The translations under genes were made by a program, and so were the position numbers. Below the pieces are notes generated by a model. That model did not search any database, had not been told where the DNA came from, and worked only from the letters and a program-made list of their open reading frames with translations. A stretch of 64,000 nt of DNA. Origin: a virus. Positions 17,072-27,183 of the stretch are shown here, piece after piece (position 1 is the stretch's first letter; every line of letters begins with the position of its first letter). Where the stretch lies: IMG/VR virus record IMGVR_UViG_3300032287_003869, positions 1 through 64,000 of that record. One strand, written 5' to 3'.

Positions 17072-18877
17072 ATGCCAGAAAACGCATCTTCAGGAAGAGA
17101 ATCCACATTCGGTAGGGGATTGATGAATTATGTCAACTCCTATCTTCCATATCAGTCTTATACTGTTATAGATACAATATCAAAATTAAATCCAAAATTC
17201 AAGACATTCCAAGACACTGGTTCAAAAAGAACAGAAGCACTTTCCAGACAAAGTATCAGTTCTTCTTCTGATTATAATGATATTTCTCCTTCCGCATTCT
17301 TTAACATTGATTCGAATTTTTCGCAATACATGTATGCGAATGTTCAGGCTGATAAAATTTCTAGAATCAGAGACTATCGTGTTATGGCAGCATTTTCTGA
17401 AGTTGCGGATGCCTTGGATGAAATATGTGACGAGGGTATAAACAAAGACGATAATGGTGATATTGTAAAGTTGGAATTTCCCACAGAAAAACTTAAAACT
17501 GAAGTCAAAGGAGATATTAATGAGGAGTTTGAAAAGATAGTCAATTATTTCGAATTCGAAAAAAGAGGTTGGGAATATTTTAGAAACGTTCTGGTTGACG
17601 GTGAAGTTTATTGGGAAAATATCATCCACAAGGAAAGAGAAGAAGAGGGGGTTCTAGGTATTGTAAGTGTTCCGACAGAGCTTATTGATCCTATTTTTGG
17701 AAATGTTCAAAACATGCTAGTCAAGGGCTTTTTGCTTAGAAAGCCTGTTTTTGACAAAACAAATCCATCTAAAATTGTAGATTATGTTATGATTCCTTTG
17801 GATAAAAACCAAGTAACATATGTTAACTCTGGTGTTTGGAACGAAAATAAAACAATAAGAATTCCTTTCATTGAAAATGCAAGAAGAGCATATAGACAGC
17901 TTTCTCTCATTGAAGATAGCGTTGTCATTCATAGACTTGCACGTGCTCCATCAAGACTTGTTTTCAACGTTGATGTTGGTACAATGCCAGCACCAAAGGC
18001 TGAATCCTATCTCCGAAAGATGATTCAAGACTATTGGTCGAAAAGAACCTTTGACGTAGATCAAAATGGACAAGTCAATAAGTTCAATCCTCAAAGTTAT
18101 TTAGATAATTATTGGTTTGCCAAGAGACAGGGTTCTGAGGGGACTACTGTAACGGATGTTCAAGGAAGTGCTCAACTCAATAGTCTTCCAGACTTGGACT
18201 ACTTTGTAATGAAACTTTACAAAGCATTAAAGGTTCCTGTAAACAGAATTTCAGCGGAATCCGGTTATAATGATGGAATGCAGATGTTAAGAGAGGAGCT
18301 TAAATTTGCTAAATTCATAATGAGAATGCAAATGCATTTCGCGGAATCATTGAAAAATACATTCATTGTTCACTTGAGATTAAAAGGTCTTTGGGACAAA
18401 TATGATTTAAAAGAAACCGATTTTGAAATCAAATTCACTCCTCCTACTAATTTCTTTGAAATGAGAGAGGCTCAAAAAGCTCAAATAAAATACACAACAT
18501 TTAACGACATGGTTCAAAACGAATCCATATCCAAGACCTATGCTCAAAAGAAATATTTGAGATGGAACGATCAAGAAATACTCGCAAATAGAGCATTCCT
18601 CAAGAAAGACAAGGAGCTAGAGTTTGAACTTGCTCAGATTCAAGCCAATGGACCTATGTGGAAGACTGGAGGAGAGTCCGTTGAGGGTCAATCATTGGCG
18701 GCTGGAGGTGGTGGAGGTGCGCTTCCAACCGGAGAAGGCGCTCCAATAACAAACGCTCCTCCTGCTGGTGAGGGTGAAGCCCCTCCAGCTTTTGGACCTG
18801 CTCCAGCGGCGGGTGGTGGAGGTGGTGAAGCTCCTGCTCCTGCTCCTGCTCCTGCAACTCCTCCAGCTGGTGAATAA
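17072..18877 (+). CDS. gp20: portal protein, T4 gp20-like
   Basis: YRVMA..SEV.DA.DEI, QL.LIEDS.VIHRLARAP.R.VF.VDVG.MP..KAE.YL, KLYKALKVP..R and REELKF.KFI motifs. Confidence 0.95.
   Translation: MPENASSGRESTFGRGLMNYVNSYLPYQSYTVIDTISKLNPKFKTFQDTGSKRTEALSRQSISSSSDYNDISPSAFFNIDSNFSQYMYANVQADKISRIRDYRVMAAFSEVADALDEICDEGINKDDNGDIVKLEFPTEKLKTEVKGDINEEFEKIVNYFEFEKRGWEYFRNVLVDGEVYWENIIHKEREEEGVLGIVSVPTELIDPIFGNVQNMLVKGFLLRKPVFDKTNPSKIVDYVMIPLDKNQVTYVNSGVWNENKTIRIPFIENARRAYRQLSLIEDSVVIHRLARAPSRLVFNVDVGTMPAPKAESYLRKMIQDYWSKRTFDVDQNGQVNKFNPQSYLDNYWFAKRQGSEGTTVTDVQGSAQLNSLPDLDYFVMKLYKALKVPVNRISAESGYNDGMQMLREELKFAKFIMRMQMHFAESLKNTFIVHLRLKGLWDKYDLKETDFEIKFTPPTNFFEMREAQKAQIKYTTFNDMVQNESISKTYAQKKYLRWNDQEILANRAFLKKDKELEFELAQIQANGPMWKTGGESVEGQSLAAGGGGGALPTGEGAPITNAPPAGEGEAPPAFGPAPAAGGGGGEAPAPAPAPATPPAGE
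18690..18874 (+). repeat. low-complexity Gly/Ala/Pro/Glu tail of the portal
   Basis: GGT/GGA runs and tandem GCTCCT encoding GGGGG and APAPAPAP. Confidence 0.7.
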
Positions 18878-18894
18878 TTTCACTAAATAGTTCC

Positions 18895-19272
18895 ATGGGA
18901 CTATTTGAAAAAACGTTCTCTATTTTATTAGAACAGACTTGGAACGCTGGATATATGAACATGTTCATGCCTATGCAAAAGAAAAAGAAAGGCATGAGGC
19001 ACATGAGACCTATAATTTTAGATCCTTTTAAGAGAAAACATGCTCAAACTGTTCCAGACATGCACAGACCTGATATGACTCTGATTCAACAAGTGGAAAG
19101 GCTTAAAAACAACCCAACCGTAAATGTTCCTCTTAATATCGTGCAACTTAGAAAAATTTGTAAGAAATACGGAATAAGTAGTGTGTCCAAAATGGAACCA
19201 AAAAAATTGGGAAATACCGGAATAATGATTGTTTGGAATGAACCCACAAAAACCTTCATATTGAAAAAATGA
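18895..19272 (+). CDS. late protein with capsid-targeting-like leader
   Basis: MGLFEKTFSILLEQ; TAAATA at 18884-18889. Confidence 0.65.
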   Translation: MGLFEKTFSILLEQTWNAGYMNMFMPMQKKKKGMRHMRPIILDPFKRKHAQTVPDMHRPDMTLIQQVERLKNNPTVNVPLNIVQLRKICKKYGISSVSKMEPKKLGNTGIMIVWNEPTKTFILKK

Positions 19273-20021
19273 TCACTTTTGACAAATATAATGGTGTAAA
19301 TTGCATCAGAACATATCCAGATAATTACAATGAATATGTTCAATCTACCGTGAGGTTCACGGATAAAGAGAAAAATATCGCAGAAAGATCCTTATATAGT
19401 AATTATTGGAGAGAACAAATAGATCTTTACGGTCAGAAAATATTATATTACAGAAACTTGTATAATGTTCAAGATGGCGATAACACTTATGGTGAAATGC
19501 CTTTGAGCCAATTTGAAGCTCCAAGAGAAATGATAATGTTGTTCACTTTGACTGAAAATGCATTGGTTCTTTCAAAGTTCGGATATCGTTCAGACGATCA
19601 AGTAACGGCTTACTTGCATATTAGTTCGTTTTATGTGCATTACCCCCCAAATATCGAACCAAAATCGGGAGACTTGTTCAAGTTGGTTGAATATGGCTCC
19701 GATAGACCCGGTGAGCGTGATGGTAAGATGTACGAAATCACAGAACGTTGTGATGAGGATAATTCAGCCATCAATCCCTTGGCGGGTCATTACGTTTGGC
19801 TTTTGAAGGCCAAACGCTTTGAGAACTCGTTTGAAAATGCTCCACAAGAAAGAGGAAACATGCAAGTACATGATGATACCTTTTATGGTGATCTTAGCGG
19901 ATCTCTAACAGTTCCTCCAGAAAGAGACCCATCTTATCCTCAAGATTCAGATACCGAATCCAAAGAAAAAGTATTTGATATGTCTATCAATGATACTCTG
20001 GAGTATGGTGGATACTATTAG
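19269..20021 (+). CDS. gp14: neck/head-closure protein, T4 gp14-like
   Basis: REQIDLYGQKILY, YGE...SQF, LSKFG.RSDD, EPKSGDL and YEIT motifs. Confidence 0.8.
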   Translation: MITFDKYNGVNCIRTYPDNYNEYVQSTVRFTDKEKNIAERSLYSNYWREQIDLYGQKILYYRNLYNVQDGDNTYGEMPLSQFEAPREMIMLFTLTENALVLSKFGYRSDDQVTAYLHISSFYVHYPPNIEPKSGDLFKLVEYGSDRPGERDGKMYEITERCDEDNSAINPLAGHYVWLLKAKRFENSFENAPQERGNMQVHDDTFYGDLSGSLTVPPERDPSYPQDSDTESKEKVFDMSINDTLEYGGYY

Positions 20022-20280
20022 TTTTAATTCTTTGGAAAATGTTTCTTGACTGAGACTCAGCTTCTACATCTACTTCCATACCCTTAAACCTCTCTCCTAT
20101 GTATTTTTTGAAAGCTAGGGGTTTAACCCAATCCACTTTTTCAAGATCAAGTTTTAGCTCTACCGCTTTTTCTTCCGCTAATTGAACAATCTCCAAAAGA
20201 CAAAGCCACCTGATAAAAGTGTCTTTCGACATGTTGTGCTCTACCCCGTTGTTTGTTGTGATTTTGATTTCTTCTTCCAT
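19987..20280 (-). CDS. hypothetical protein
   Basis: Start set at ATG 20280, downstream of TTGACC-17nt-CATAAT (20293-20321). Confidence 0.6.
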   Translation of the reverse strand: MEEEIKITTNNGVEHNMSKDTFIRWLCLLEIVQLAEEKAVELKLDLEKVDWVKPLAFKKYIGERFKGMEVDVEAESQSRNIFQRIKTNSIHHTPEYH

Positions 20281-20317
20281 AATTGAAGCCCCATTATGCT
20301 CCAATATATAGTAGAGG

Positions 20318-20686
20318 TCAAGACAAAAATTTGGAAGTAATGAAAGATACGAAAAATGCCATGACTTTTTCGTTGTCTATACTTTTTTTACTCTCTTCCA
20401 ATATTTTAAAAGAGTTTTTTATGTTCTGAAAAGCTAGGTCTATGATTTGATCACCATCTTCCTTCATGTTCTCGCTTTTTAGAAAACTTTCAAATTTGCT
20501 TAAAAAATCCATCAATACTTCCTTGTTTGGGTTATTGAATTGGTTTTTCTTATAGATCATGTATTGATCTACATTTTTTTTAAATTTTGATTCAAAAAAT
20601 AATTTAACCGCTTTTGAGTCTGGAAGATTGGCTTCTGTATTTTCTGGAGAGATTCCAGAATTTTTTATTTCATTAAATTCGATCAT
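20318..20686 (-). CDS. hypothetical protein
   Basis: ORF coupled to the upstream gene. Confidence 0.6.
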   Translation of the reverse strand: MIEFNEIKNSGISPENTEANLPDSKAVKLFFESKFKKNVDQYMIYKKNQFNNPNKEVLMDFLSKFESFLKSENMKEDGDQIIDLAFQNIKNSFKILEESKKSIDNEKVMAFFVSFITSKFLS

Positions 20687-21140
20687 TGTGTCTCGGATCT
20701 TTCAATGCTTCTTCCACATCTTTAATTATTTGTGGATTTCTGAGAGGATCTTCTTGAATTGGTTCCGTTTTAAGAACCGTCTTCACATCAAGTATGACTC
20801 CTACTTTTTTGGTACATTGAGAACAAATGTATGAATTGTCAGTATTCATGTCTAATGGAATAGTGGTTTGTGCCTTTTTGTCACAAGGACATACTACATC
20901 CACTGATATTTTTCTAAGTTCAGTTATAGCATCAAGTTCCAACTTGGCTTGAATAAATGCATTTTTTCTTTTTACATGCTCTCCGTAAAAATAGAAGCCA
21001 ACAATTTGTAGTAAAAATAAAAAAGAAGATGTGATCCAAAAATTGAATCCGAAATTCATACAGAATAGTCCACCTAAAACTGAAACTAATGCTGTTATTC
21101 CAAAGCTATATAAAAGTTTTTTTAGAATGTCATTTAACAT
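20673..21140 (-). CDS. membrane protein with Zn-ribbon-like Cys
   Basis: Two N-terminal TM segments; CPC...CSQC. Confidence 0.6.
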   Translation of the reverse strand: MLNDILKKLLYSFGITALVSVLGGLFCMNFGFNFWITSSFLFLLQIVGFYFYGEHVKRKNAFIQAKLELDAITELRKISVDVVCPCDKKAQTTIPLDMNTDNSYICSQCTKKVGVILDVKTVLKTEPIQEDPLRNPQIIKDVEEALKDPRHNDRI

Positions 21141-21142
21141 TC

Positions 21143-21541
21143 TTATAACTTATCATCATCTTCTGGATTTTCAACAATTTTGTTCATCTCTACTGTGCAT
21201 GAGAATAATATTTTTTGAATCTTATCCATTTTATCGTTAAAAACATTTACAGCATCAACTCTATGTTTATGTTGAAATACTACAGGATTTCTTTCTGCAC
21301 TTTTCAATGTTGCTCTAACCTGAGATGTTTTTGAGAAAATATCACCTATTTGTTGTAAAAGACTTTCCATTCCGAAGGGAAGTTGTTTTATTGCCTCATG
21401 AGTGTTTGTATTTCTAAATTGATTTACAACGTCATCTACGGTAATAACGTGGGAGGGCGCATCTTGTTTTGCGATACCCTTTACCCATTTATTATATATT
21501 TTTTGATCGTCTTCCAAAAGAATGTTAAAAGTTTCTCTCAT
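21143..21541 (-). CDS. late protein with capsid-targeting-like leader
   Basis: MRETFNILLED; TAAATA on the minus strand at 21551-21556. Confidence 0.65.
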   Translation of the reverse strand: MRETFNILLEDDQKIYNKWVKGIAKQDAPSHVITVDDVVNQFRNTNTHEAIKQLPFGMESLLQQIGDIFSKTSQVRATLKSAERNPVVFQHKHRVDAVNVFNDKMDKIQKILFSCTVEMNKIVENPEDDDKL

Positions 21542-21550
21542 GAGTATAAA

Positions 21551-21572
21551 TATTTAGACTAAAACATAAATA
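21551..21572. promoter_or_regulatory. back-to-back late promoters
   Basis: TATTTA 21551-21556 (minus) and TAAATA 21567-21572 (plus) in a 36-nt divergent gap. Confidence 0.65.
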
Positions 21573-21577
21573 ATCTT

Positions 21578-21994
21578 ATGGGAATCTACCAGAAATATTT
21601 TAACACTCTTTTAGAGCAAGACGAAATCGAAGCGGCTCCAGTTGCTGTAACCCCAGACGATGAGGCTGGTGCAATGACCGCTGAATTGGATTCGGGTACT
21701 CCTCCGGACGCATTTGATAGTGATGCTGGGACCGTAGAAGTTATTAGAAAAGAATCTCTTGCAAAGCAAAAAAAGATTCTATCCCAATGGGTTAGCGAAA
21801 TTGAACGTTTCGTTGAATATGTCAACGGTGTGAATACTACTTCAGTTCAAGCACAACTTCACAATGCTGGGTGTGATACCTTGTTTGAAAAGATCGCTTC
21901 TTCTGAACATCGTAGAATCTCCCGTATTGCTGTAGAACTTAGCGGTCTTGCAGAAGCTCTCAAGGGATACTTGATTGCTGGAGAGCAAGATTAA
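21578..21994 (+). CDS. acidic late protein with capsid-targeting-like leader (possible prohead core/internal protein)
   Basis: MGIYQKYFNTLLEQ; TAAATA 5 nt upstream. Confidence 0.65.
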   Translation: MGIYQKYFNTLLEQDEIEAAPVAVTPDDEAGAMTAELDSGTPPDAFDSDAGTVEVIRKESLAKQKKILSQWVSEIERFVEYVNGVNTTSVQAQLHNAGCDTLFEKIASSEHRRISRIAVELSGLAEALKGYLIAGEQD

Positions 21995-23010
21995 TTGATC
22001 TCCGCTAGTTTTATTAGTCCAGTCATTCCGCTATAGGAATTTTTCAATATAAACTTATAAGGAAATTCGTTTAGATTGTATTGAATACAAACATCGTTCA
22101 AATCTTTGAATTTTTTATATTCACTAGGCCAAAGAAATACCGTCTTTCCAGAGTTTAAAAGATATTTTGTTTTCTTTTTTGAGGCTGAATCGTTCCATTG
22201 GTTGTCCAATACAAAAATATGATCATGTAAAGGAAACAGTTGTAATTGTTTTTTCTGCTTTTCGGTAAACACTTCTGAACTGGATTCAGAAATCCCAGCA
22301 AGAGCTATTCCGTTTTTAACGAATGTGGCATCTAATGGCCCCTCTGTTATGAATACTTGGGGTATTTTGTCCTGAATTTTATCTATATTGAATATGGATC
22401 TTTCTGCATTTTTCTTGGAAAGATATCTCGGTTTTTGATCGACTTCTGAAAGTTTTCTAGATTGATAGAAAATAATCTTTCCAGTTTCATCATAAAAAGG
22501 AATTATAATTCTATTTTGATGAACATAATCATTGAGAGTTATATAATATTTTTTTGGTCTGTTTATAGCTGTTAAAAGTTTTCTCTTATTCAATACCTCA
22601 AGTGCCTTTTTAACATAAAACTCATTTGAGAAAAACATTAATTGCTCCTCATCTTCCATATCAATACAGTCGCAAGGTAGTTCATAATCTGTCTTTTTAT
22701 TGTTTGTCTTAACTTGAAACTTTTCTATGGGAACAGTGTCGTAGTCTTTAGATTCATTTAATACCTCATGAAAAGAATCTCCGCTCAACTCCATAATCCA
22801 ATTAACAGGATTCCCTGTCCAGCCACAATTATGACAATGAATCATGTTTTTCTTAGGTATGAAATAACACCTTTGCTTTTTTAACCAAGACTTTCCTTCC
22901 CTACAAATCGGACAACTTGCCTGATAGGTATTTGCGCCCTTATTGTGTTTTGGAGAGCCTCCATATTGGTAAAACTTGGATACAATGAATTCCTCTGGTA
23001 AAACTATCAC
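21991..23010 (-). CDS. gp61: DNA primase, T4 gp61-like
   Basis: CPIC...CHNCG zinc finger, RIIIPF, TEGPLDA TOPRIM, LDN and KDLND; GTG start at 23010. Confidence 0.92.
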   Translation of the reverse strand: MIVLPEEFIVSKFYQYGGSPKHNKGANTYQASCPICREGKSWLKKQRCYFIPKKNMIHCHNCGWTGNPVNWIMELSGDSFHEVLNESKDYDTVPIEKFQVKTNNKKTDYELPCDCIDMEDEEQLMFFSNEFYVKKALEVLNKRKLLTAINRPKKYYITLNDYVHQNRIIIPFYDETGKIIFYQSRKLSEVDQKPRYLSKKNAERSIFNIDKIQDKIPQVFITEGPLDATFVKNGIALAGISESSSEVFTEKQKKQLQLFPLHDHIFVLDNQWNDSASKKKTKYLLNSGKTVFLWPSEYKKFKDLNDVCIQYNLNEFPYKFILKNSYSGMTGLIKLAEIN

Positions 23011-23016
23011 CAAGGA

Positions 23017-23045
23017 ATCTTACTACAAGTTGAAGAAAAGGTCAA
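23017..23045 (-). promoter_or_regulatory. sigma70-type promoter (leaderless)
   Basis: TTGACC-17nt-TAAGAT, 6 nt before GTG 23010. Confidence 0.65.
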
Positions 23046-23047
23046 GC

Positions 23048-23227
23048 CTATTTTTTCTCGATAGGAGTAATATCGACAACGCCTTTTCTTATAAAGGCAC
23101 CAGAAGAGGGGTCATACCAATATGCCTCTTTTACCATCGTATTCCCAACCTTCGTCTCAATTACTCTGGGAACGGATGGTTGACCGGAAATAGGAGATGT
23201 TATGATTTTAGGTTCTACTCTATTCAT
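23048..23227 (-). CDS. small late protein
   Basis: MNRVEPKIITSPISGQP...; TAAATA at 23233-23238, 5 nt upstream. Confidence 0.6.
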   Translation of the reverse strand: MNRVEPKIITSPISGQPSVPRVIETKVGNTMVKEAYWYDPSSGAFIRKGVVDITPIEKK

Positions 23228-23231
23228 GGAA

Positions 23232-23516
23232 CTATTTAGTAGACATTGTTTTTTTTCCATGGCTTTCAACAACTTTATACACATCATATGGTAAAATGTT
23301 GATAAAATCCAGTATTTTTTCCTTTATTCCTATATCAAACTTGACAATATCCACTTTCCTTATTTCCATTTTAGGTAATGTTACGAAATACAAAGTATGG
23401 TCGTTTTGATCAAAAAATACAAAAATTTCTCCTTTATAATCGCCCTTTAGAACGCCATAAGCAGATCCTTTCTCTATGTGATTCTTTTTCTTTGAGAAAA
23501 GATTCCGAAAAAACAT
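23232..23516 (-). CDS. hypothetical protein
   Basis: ORF tiling the array. Confidence 0.6.
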   Translation of the reverse strand: MFFRNLFSKKKNHIEKGSAYGVLKGDYKGEIFVFFDQNDHTLYFVTLPKMEIRKVDIVKFDIGIKEKILDFINILPYDVYKVVESHGKKTMSTK

Positions 23517-23522
23517 AAAATT

Positions 23523-23855
23523 TTACATTTCGCCTCTTTGAAAGAGAACACGATTTATAAGAGAGTTTAATGCATCAGCATCCATTTGATTTTCAGCATA
23601 GTGAAAACAAATGGGACGACCCTTCATGTCATATCCGAAGACCATGAATGCTTGAAGAAATTCAGACAAATAGTTATTAACTAAACTCATCACCTCTTCG
23701 TTGTTTTTCGCTTCTTTTTTTACACGGCAAATGTAATTCTGAATGGAATCCGAAAGAAGTTCGTTGATCTGAGCACGATCAATAGCATTAAGCTTATCCT
23801 TCTTTTGGATAGGTGTGCTTGGGATTTTCTTCTTTTCGTTGTCCTTCTTTTCCAT
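23523..23855 (-). CDS. hypothetical late protein
   Basis: TAAATA at 23861-23866, 5 nt upstream. Confidence 0.6.
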   Translation of the reverse strand: MEKKDNEKKKIPSTPIQKKDKLNAIDRAQINELLSDSIQNYICRVKKEAKNNEEVMSLVNNYLSEFLQAFMVFGYDMKGRPICFHYAENQMDADALNSLINRVLFQRGEM

Positions 23856-24204
23856 CTGAATATTTATCCTTATTGTATGGGCTTTCCTTTGCGCTATTAT
23901 TTACACCAGCATTCAATAAGTGTGTAATAATAACCTCAAGGCTTTCTGTTTTGATGGAAAAGTTTTTTAAAAATTTATTTCCCCCATCATTAATTTCAAA
24001 CATGATATCTCCAAAGAAATCTTTGTTTTCATAGCAAGTTATAAAAACCGAAGAACCACTTGGATCGACAAGTAAAGTCCAACATCTAGGATCATGTTCA
24101 CCATAGTCTCCAAATATTTTCCAAACTATAAATCCCGAATCTCTTAATCGTTTTACAAAATAGCTTGGGGTTTTAATTGAGTTTCTGCTTTTTTTATTTT
24201 TCAT
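23794..24204 (-). CDS. hypothetical protein
   Basis: ORF coupled to gp45. Confidence 0.65.
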   Translation of the reverse strand: MKNKKSRNSIKTPSYFVKRLRDSGFIVWKIFGDYGEHDPRCWTLLVDPSGSSVFITCYENKDFFGDIMFEINDGGNKFLKNFSIKTESLEVIITHLLNAGVNNSAKESPYNKDKYSDGKEGQRKEENPKHTYPKEG

Positions 24205-24935
24205 TTGACTAAAGATGATACAATATAAACTGTTTTGTTGTAGTTATTGAGAACTTCGAAAATCACAATACCCAACTTGGAATTTATTTTAACATTTAAT
24301 TCCGTGTTTCCAGATTCCATCAATCGAAATATGTCGAAGTTGATTGGTAGAGATGATATATTCTCCCCTTCAAATGTATCGGTCAATCTCAGGGTTATTG
24401 TATCTATATTTTTTCTAGTTTTATCTGTTAATTCAGCATAAACACCATCTTCGTTAGATGATATATAGACCTTATTTGAATCTGAGCTAAAAACTGAACC
24501 TTTGATCAAATCCTTAATCTGGTCGCTTTTTAATGTGAAGAAAGTTTCAAATTGAGTTTCAGATAATTTTTGAAGATTGAGCTTTGGTTTTTTTACAATT
24601 CCATCTTCGAGCAAATGATAGGTAAATCTCAAAGATTTGTCTTTATATGTTAAATTGTTGTTTTCCAAAGTAAAAACAACATCTTCATCGGAAATCGCAT
24701 CGATGGCTCTTATCATTTTTTTAATATCTGGAAAATTCAAAATATTGATTCCATCTGAATCAATCTCCACCGGATATTTGGAATGATATATTACAGAGTT
24801 ATCAGCGGTACAAACCAAACAGCTAAATTCATTTTCTACAATTTCAACAACAGCTGAATCGGATATTTTAGAAATCGGAGATAAAAATCTCTTTATAAAG
24901 AGATCCTTGTTTTTAATTTTTAGAGTTTTTGACAT
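24201..24935 (-). CDS. gp45: sliding clamp, T4 gp45-like
   Basis: Size (244 aa), alternating beta/alpha clamp pattern and position in the replication module. Confidence 0.65.
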   Translation of the reverse strand: MSKTLKIKNKDLFIKRFLSPISKISDSAVVEIVENEFSCLVCTADNSVIYHSKYPVEIDSDGINILNFPDIKKMIRAIDAISDEDVVFTLENNNLTYKDKSLRFTYHLLEDGIVKKPKLNLQKLSETQFETFFTLKSDQIKDLIKGSVFSSDSNKVYISSNEDGVYAELTDKTRKNIDTITLRLTDTFEGENISSLPINFDIFRLMESGNTELNVKINSKLGIVIFEVLNNYNKTVYIVSSLVK

Positions 24936-25374
24936 GCTTCAAGATTATATCCAATTTTCTCTCAATGTCAAAAAGCTTTTTATGCAAATCTGATACTTCT
25001 GTTTGTTTGAATAATGGAAGTTCCATTTGATTTGGATCACTTTGAGTCGCATTTTGGGACTTAATAACTTGAACAGGAGACGGTTGGGCAGGAATGACGG
25101 GCTGAACATACTGAACAGGTGCCATATTGTTCAGTATGTTGTTCGCCATCATTGCGGTGTGATCAAACCCAACTTGTGGTGTAAATGACTGTTGTTGATT
25201 TGGAAGAATTCTTTCATAGTCAATATGACCCTTCTTCAAGCCATCAACAATATTTGCATCAACTTTAGTTCTTAGTTCTGAAATGGGACCAGCAATGATC
25301 CCTTTCAGTGCCTCAAGAACCAGAGGGTGATTCGGGGGTAAATCACCCTCTGGGGATATTTGATTAAAATCCAT
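24913..25374 (-). CDS. hypothetical protein
   Basis: Q/P-rich linker and C-terminal DPNQMELPLF plus coiled coil. Confidence 0.6.
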   Translation of the reverse strand: MDFNQISPEGDLPPNHPLVLEALKGIIAGPISELRTKVDANIVDGLKKGHIDYERILPNQQQSFTPQVGFDHTAMMANNILNNMAPVQYVQPVIPAQPSPVQVIKSQNATQSDPNQMELPLFKQTEVSDLHKKLFDIERKLDIILKHVKNSKN

Positions 25375-25376
25375 GA

Positions 25377-26231
25377 TTAGGCGTCAAGATCGGCCAAAAG
25401 TTTCTTGATATTTTCATCATCAGATATATCTTCGGATGAAGAAGATTGAACGCTTGATGTTGATTGTGAGTTTAAGTTTTCAACCTCATTCATAACCTCT
25501 TCTGCCTTTTTCTCAACAAGGAGAGTTCTCTTGCAGAAGAAATGTTCATCTAGAGATTGAACGATTTCGTCTTGAGACTTGGTGGGAATTACAGATGTAA
25601 GATCAAGAACAGAGTTGTAAACGTCTTCCATCTTGTCTTCTGCCAAGCCTTCAATCTTTCTTGGCATGGTAAACTTGGAAGAAACATATGTGATATAGTC
25701 TCCTTGTTGTTCAGATTTAATCTTTAGATTAACACCATTTTCAGAAAGATCAAAGATTCTTGGACCAAAATCCTCCGAGCCTTCACCGTCAATCGCATCA
25801 GAAATAATCTTGTGGAGTTGCTTGCCATAACGAATAATCTTCATTGTCCCGTTATTTTCTGGATTTGTTGGATCATCCACTACATATGCATTTACAAGCC
25901 AACGCTCGTTACGGCGAAGAAGATTTGCTTTGGCTTTCTCTTCTTCGTTGCCATTTCTAAGTAGGCGGTATTTGGTATCAGTCATTGGACACTTTTGACC
26001 AAACGTTGTGGGAGACACAATGCTGGTATATTGTCCAGTACTGAAAGAAGACCAGTCATATGTATAATAATGAAAGAATGTCTTCTCTGGTTGGCTAATG
26101 TTTGGAACGAGACGGACAGTATATGTCTTGTCCTTTTCAAACTTCATAATGTTTTTCAGGTTGGACTGCGTGGTATTCTTTTGAAGAGCATTTTTGATGC
26201 TATCAAACATTTTTGTATTGAATGTACTCAT
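25377..26231 (-). CDS. gp32: single-stranded DNA-binding protein, T4 gp32-like
   Basis: VRLVP, KCP, N.YVVDDPTNPENNG, YGK, G.NLKIK, Y.SSKF and acidic C-tail. Confidence 0.9.
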   Translation of the reverse strand: MSTFNTKMFDSIKNALQKNTTQSNLKNIMKFEKDKTYTVRLVPNISQPEKTFFHYYTYDWSSFSTGQYTSIVSPTTFGQKCPMTDTKYRLLRNGNEEEKAKANLLRRNERWLVNAYVVDDPTNPENNGTMKIIRYGKQLHKIISDAIDGEGSEDFGPRIFDLSENGVNLKIKSEQQGDYITYVSSKFTMPRKIEGLAEDKMEDVYNSVLDLTSVIPTKSQDEIVQSLDEHFFCKRTLLVEKKAEEVMNEVENLNSQSTSSVQSSSSEDISDDENIKKLLADLDA

Positions 26232-26243
26232 AATTCAGAACCC

Positions 26244-26271
26244 ATATTAACTCATGTTTTCGGGTTTGCAA
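26244..26271 (-). promoter_or_regulatory. sigma70-type promoter
   Basis: TTGCAA-16nt-TAATAT upstream of gp32. Confidence 0.5.
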
Positions 26272-26902
26272 GCTTTTCTTTTAAAATTTTTAATCCTTGT
26301 TTTGAAATATTCATGCATTTTTTTGAAGAATAATACTTTGTACGAAAAATAGAAATTTTCGAAATAATTTCCCCAAGCATGAATTCTAGAAGTTCGTAGT
26401 TGTGTCGATTTATTGTCTTTTGGAAATCATCAAATGCTAAACAGTTATATATGGATACGTGTTTTTCTTTCAAATGCAGAAAAACAGTAGCCATTCCATT
26501 TGTCATGTGGTTGATGTAATCGTCTACAAGTATTTTGTTTTGTTTACAAAACCCATATATAAATTCCAATCCATCTAAAACTGCTTTTTTTTGAATATCG
26601 GAGTCAGGATCTGAGAATGTTTTTTTCTTTTGATAAAGATTGTATATCTTTACGGCTTTTTGGCTCAAATAAAAATCCAATCCAAAATCTTTCTCATCTT
26701 CATATACGTTATATGGCGCTTCAAAAAAATCATTCAAATTAACATATGCGTTTCTTTTAAAGAAATTCTCAAGCTTCAAAAGAGTGGAATACCTTTCTTC
26801 GTTTTGAATATTGGAAAAATCCTTTCTCAATTTAAAAGGAAGATTCTTTTTAGACCTACTAACTCTCAAATAGGTATTATATATGGCTTCGATATCCCTC
26901 AC
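26252..26902 (-). CDS. probable helicase loader, gp59-like
   Basis: Size (216 aa) and position immediately upstream of gp32 as in T4; sequence resemblance is weak. Confidence 0.45.
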   Translation of the reverse strand: MRDIEAIYNTYLRVSRSKKNLPFKLRKDFSNIQNEERYSTLLKLENFFKRNAYVNLNDFFEAPYNVYEDEKDFGLDFYLSQKAVKIYNLYQKKKTFSDPDSDIQKKAVLDGLEFIYGFCKQNKILVDDYINHMTNGMATVFLHLKEKHVSIYNCLAFDDFQKTINRHNYELLEFMLGEIISKISIFRTKYYSSKKCMNISKQGLKILKEKLANPKT

Positions 26903-27183
26903 CTCAAAGAATCGATTATTTTTTTGTTCTTTTTATTGTTCACGAATTTCATGACATATTTTGACTTGTATAAAGTGGGATCGTGTTCCAAGAATACCCT
27001 GATCGCTGACATGTCATTATCTATATTGTGAAGCATTTTGAAAAAATCTCTCAATTTTTTATCTTGCATATACGCTAAAAGAATAGATGCATAATTCATT
27101 TTTTTGTTGTTCAATATGCTTACAAAGCTACAAAAACAATTAAAAATATGTTCTTTTTCTTCGTGTTCTTTTTCAGACATCAT
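26899..27183 (-). CDS. hypothetical protein
   Basis: ORF coupled by 4-nt overlaps. Confidence 0.6.
   Translation of the reverse strand: MMSEKEHEEKEHIFNCFCSFVSILNNKKMNYASILLAYMQDKKLRDFFKMLHNIDNDMSAIRVFLEHDPTLYKSKYVMKFVNNKKNKKIIDSLR

Noticed and set aside
18690-18874. Short tandem repeats as a CRISPR array or other repeat element
   Set aside because: They are in-frame codon repeats in the portal tail, with no repeat-spacer structure.
26252-26902. MRDIEAIYNTYL as another type A leader
   Set aside because: No TAAATA upstream, it lies in the replication operon, no [I/L]LE follows, and its position fits gp59.
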